Source: Macrostomum lignano (taxonomy: Eukaryota). From it: a stretch of 64,000 nt of DNA. Below the pieces are notes generated by a model. The model saw nothing but the letters and a program-made list of their open reading frames with translations. It had not been told where the DNA came from and made no database searches. The stretch is from the NCBI GenBank assembly GCA_002269645.1, contig NIVC01000342.1, positions 248,001-312,000 on the forward strand. The letters run 5' to 3'. Within the stretch, counting starts at the first letter, position 1, and each line of letters opens with the position of its first letter. The position numbers and the translations under genes were made by a program. Shown one piece after another: positions 60,370-64,000 of this stretch.

Positions 60370-63300
60370 TAGTGTCTCTTTGTCTGTCTGCCTGTCTGTT
60401 TTTCCGTTCTTAAATATTTCCAAACAAATCTATCTAAAATCAATTATTAACAATCTACCAAGTCCCTATTTGTAAATCAAATTGTCCAAAAACCTTACAG
60501 CTGATTTCGCTGATTCTCCTGACCGTCCGGATCGTCGCCAGGATCAGCAGCGGTGGCGGCGGCTCTCACAGCAGCTGCCAGAGGGTCATCTTCAACCTGA
60601 GCCTCCTTGGCTTCCGAATCCGGCCGAGGCTGCAGCTCGGACTCGAAGCCACCATCCTCGCTAGGCAGCTCGGGTTTCAGCTCAGCAGCGCCATCTCCGT
60701 CAGGAGTCTCAGATTTGACCGCAGTCGACGAATCGATGGCATCTTCAAACATGACGTCTTCATCAAGCCGCGGCCGCTTCGCATCCAGCAGCGAATCCTG
60801 GCTGGCGTCCGGGTCCGCCTCCGCTTCCGCGTCTTCGTCCGCGACTTCCGCCGCAAGCTTTGCCCGGGCGGCTGATGGCGGCCGGCCTCGCTTCCGACCG
60901 CGGCCCCGGCCTCGGCCAGCCCCGGCTGCGCCGCCAGCACCACCGCCGCCGCCTCCGCTGACGCCTTTGTACTTCGGCCTGGCTTTGGTAGGCGAGCTGT
61001 GCGGAGTGACGCCCGTCTGCCTGAACTTGTCACCGTGCCGCTCGCAGTAGGCCAGGTTGCGGACGTCACCGCCTGATAACACCTGAGTTACGGCGGCAGG
61101 GATGTAGAGCTTGGTTGCTGAGTGCTTGGGATAAAAGCTGGCTATGGGATAACTGACTTGGGATTTGGCTATGGGATAACTGATTTTGGATTTGGTTATG
61201 AGATAACTGATTTTGGATTTGGCTATAGGTTAACTGATTTGGGATATATTTGTCAATGGGATATCTAGTTTGGAATCAAGCAAGAGCACAATCGGGATAA
61301 AAGCGCAGCAACTGTTCACCTGTCTCATGACCAGCTTGTGCCTGAAAGCGCAGGTAACGTGAAAAGCCACTTTGCACTGCTTCACGCAGCACTGAATGCA
61401 GGCACCGACTTTCTCGCGGCACAGCCGGCACACCAGATTCCATCTGCCAGTTGGAATCTCATTCAGCCTAGTGATTGGCTCCATTCGCTCAGGATCGGCA
61501 AATCCAACCTCTGGGATCCACAGGGCGCAGGACACGTGACACCAGGTGGCGCCGTCTCTCGTAGATTTCATAGCGCCGCCGCTGCTTGAGCACAGGGCGC
61601 AGATTGGTCGGACGCCCAGGCTGCAGGGCCGGCACAGCCAGCTGCCGCTGGGCACCGAGGCCACACCGTAGCAGGCCTGGTGCACCGGGGTGTCGCAACC
61701 GTCGCAGAACAGAATCTCGTTGTCCTCTTCGACTTCGAGCGACTGGCAGACACTACAAGGCACCGTGGTGTCGTACTCGATGCCCAGGCCGGCCACGGTG
61801 CGGAGACGGTCCAGCATGCGCTCGTGCGCCAGTGACTCCGCGGCGGTGAACACGGCTTCCAGACTGTCCAGCGACACCGAAGCCGAGCCGGACGTCGCGT
61901 CGATCCAGCGTCGGTCGAGCTCGTCGGAGCAGTAGAGCCGGCACCGGGGCTCCGGTTCCCCTGGTCGAATAGCGACAGGCCCGGTGGAGGTCTCCTGGGT
62001 GTCCGGGTCAAACGTGTAGTCGTCAAGGCTGGTGAGCAACTTCTTCGGCAGGCGCCACTTAGGCGTCGGCGTCAATTCGACGTCCACGCTGTCGCATTCG
62101 ACTAAGCAGTCGTCGGCATCCAGATAGCGGACAGACGGCTTTGGTTGCTCCTGCCTGGCGAGGACGGGCACCTGAACTCCGCGCTGCCATTCGTGACGCC
62201 AGGGATCTGACACCTGGGGATCGAGGCCGGATACTATGCACTTCTGTGTTTTAGGGATAGCTAGGAGTGGGATGGCCGCTTTGTGGGGTAGCTAGGAGTG
62301 GGATGGCCGCTTTGTGGGGTAGCTAGGAGTGGGATGGCCGCTTTGTGGGGTAGCTAGGAGTGGGATGGCCGCTTTGTGGGGTAGCTAGGAGTGGGATGGC
62401 CGCTTTGTAGGGTAGCTAGGAGTGGGATGGCCGCTTTGTGGGGTAGCTAGGAGTGGGATGGCCGCTTTGTGGGGTAGCTAGGAGTGGGATGGCCGCTTTG
62501 TGGGGTAGCTAGGAGTGGGATGGCCGCTTTGTGGGGTAGCTAGGAGTGGGATGGCCGCTTTGTAGGGTAGCTAGGAGTGGGATGGCCGCTTTGTGGGGTA
62601 GCTAGGAGTGGGATGGCCGCTTTGTGGGGTAGCTAGGAGTGGGATGGCCGCTTTGTGGGGTAGCTAGGAGTGGGATGGCCGCTTTGTAGGGTAGCTAGGA
62701 GTGGGATGGCCGCTTTGTGGGGTAGCTAGGAGTGGGATGGCCGCTTTGTGGGGTAGCTAGGAGTGGGATGGCCGCTTTGTGGGGTAGCTAGGAGTGGGAT
62801 GGCCGCTTTGTGGGGTAGCTAGGAGTGGGATGGCCGCTTTGTGGGGTAGCTAGGAGTGGGATGGCCGCTTTGTGGGGTAGCTAGGAGTGGGATGGCCGCT
62901 TTGTAGGGTAGCTAGGAGTGGGATGGCCGCTTTGTGGGGTAGCTAGGAGTGGGATGGCCGCTTTGTGGGGTAGCTAGGAGTGGGATGGCCGCTTTGTGGG
63001 GTAGCTAGGAGTGGGATGGCCGCTTTGTGGGGTAGCTAGGAGTGGGATGGCCGCTTTGTGGGATAGCTAAGAGTGGGATGGCCGCTTTGTGGGGTAGCTA
63101 GGAGTGGGATGGCCGCTTTGTAGGGTAGCTAGGAGTGGAATGGCCGCTTTGTAGGGTAGCTAGGAGTGGGATGGCCGCTTTGTGGGGTAGCTAGGAGTGG
63201 AATGGCCGCTTTGTAGGGTAGCTAGGAGTGGGATGGCCGCTTTGTGGGGTAGCTAGGAGTGGGATGGCCGCTTTGTGGGGTAGCTAGGAGTGGGATGGCC

Positions 63301-63885
63301 GCTTTGTGGGATAGCTAGGAGTGGGATGGCCGCTTTGTAGGGTAGCTAGGAGTGGGATGGCCGCTTTGTGGGGTAGCTAGGAGTGGGATGGCCGCTTTGT
63401 GGGGTAGCTAGGAGTGGGATGGCCGCTTTGTGGGATAGCTAGGAGTGGGATGGCCGCTTTGTGGGATAGCTGCTTGGTGGGGTAGCTTGGAGTGGGGTAG
63501 CTAGGAGTTCTTTGTGGGGTAGCTAGGAGTGGGATGGCCGCTTTTCAAGGTGGCTTGACTAGAAATAAGATAGTAGCCTTAATATTAGTGCTTAAAAACA
63601 AGAAATGATTGTGGGACTCTGCCCAAGTCTTCATCCAGGTACAGTAAGGGGTGGCCACAATACATCATATTCATTAGTAAAACAAACCTTTAACGGCCGC
63701 TTAGTAGGCAGCTGCTCAATGTCGGCCACCTTCATCCGGCTCACGTAAGCTGCATCGAAGCATTCCGCCACCGAGGATTGGCTCTCAGTGTCGAATTCGC
63801 GCCAACGGCGCAGGCGCGCCTGCCATAAAGCCAGTTGGCGCTCCCCGCTAGCGCCAGTTGGACTGCCTCTGGCGTTATTGTTCAT
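58235..63885 (-). CDS. JADE: JADE/PHF15-17 (rhinoceros)-type EPC-N + PZP (PHD-Zn knuckle-PHD) protein, about 1055 aa; exons 63885-63688, 62213-61320, 61082-60499, 59815-59686, 59596-58235
   Basis: In-frame GT-AG joins; [14 protein letters not shown]; PHD1 [28 protein letters not shown]; [22 protein letters not shown]; [24 protein letters not shown]; YWKLKR; [22 protein letters not shown]; no bromodomain or PWWP, which argues against BRPF. Confidence 0.93.
59878..60395. repeat. Compound (TGTC)n / TTAGTGTC / ~22-bp TCTGTATGTCTCTCTGTCTTAG(TG) array in a JADE intron
   Basis: Seen directly. Confidence 0.95.
61130..61245. repeat. 27-bp repeat (GGCTATGGGATAACTGATTTTGGATTT), about 4 copies
   Basis: Seen directly. 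Confidence 0.85.
62255..63545. repeat. 31-bp minisatellite (GGGTAGCTAGGAGTGGGATGGCCGCTTTGTG), about 41 units, JADE intron 1
   Basis: Seen directly. Confidence 0.97.
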
Positions 63886-64000
63886 TTTTTAAATTACTTG
63901 AACAGAAACCTCACTTATGCTACTATTAAGTAGTTTAACCAGCTACAGCCCTGTTGATAATTCAAAAAAGTGATTAGAAATTCCGCCGCGAAGCTACGAA

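Overview
Eukaryotic, intron-rich animal genomic DNA with a 312-N assembly gap at 36255-36566. GC-rich exons and very dense intronic minisatellites suggest a flatworm such as Macrostomum, but this is inference. Five spliced genes were reconstructed by hand: (+) an LRR-Ig single-pass receptor (16776-20194), and four co-oriented minus-strand genes: an ADAM metalloprotease-disintegrin (45078 to at least 37688; 3' exons not found), an sFRP (52881-51359), an apparently secreted PPPDE/DeSI-like permuted papain-fold enzyme (56752-54631) and a JADE/PHF17-type PZP chromatin protein (63885-58235). The rest holds two tRNA-derived SINE families, decayed RTE, Tc1 and possibly hAT fragments, MITEs with intact TIR/TSD, and more than 20 tandem arrays. 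Most long ORFs in the supplied track are tandem-repeat or antisense artefacts. Main leads: (1) the secreted, Cys-rich PPPDE-like enzyme; (2) hAT-type and Helitron-type non-autonomous elements whose internal units expand into satellites; (3) a perfect TCF site plus helper motifs upstream of sFRP, inside a Wnt-themed co-oriented cluster; (4) a possible mutually exclusive microexon pair in sFRP.
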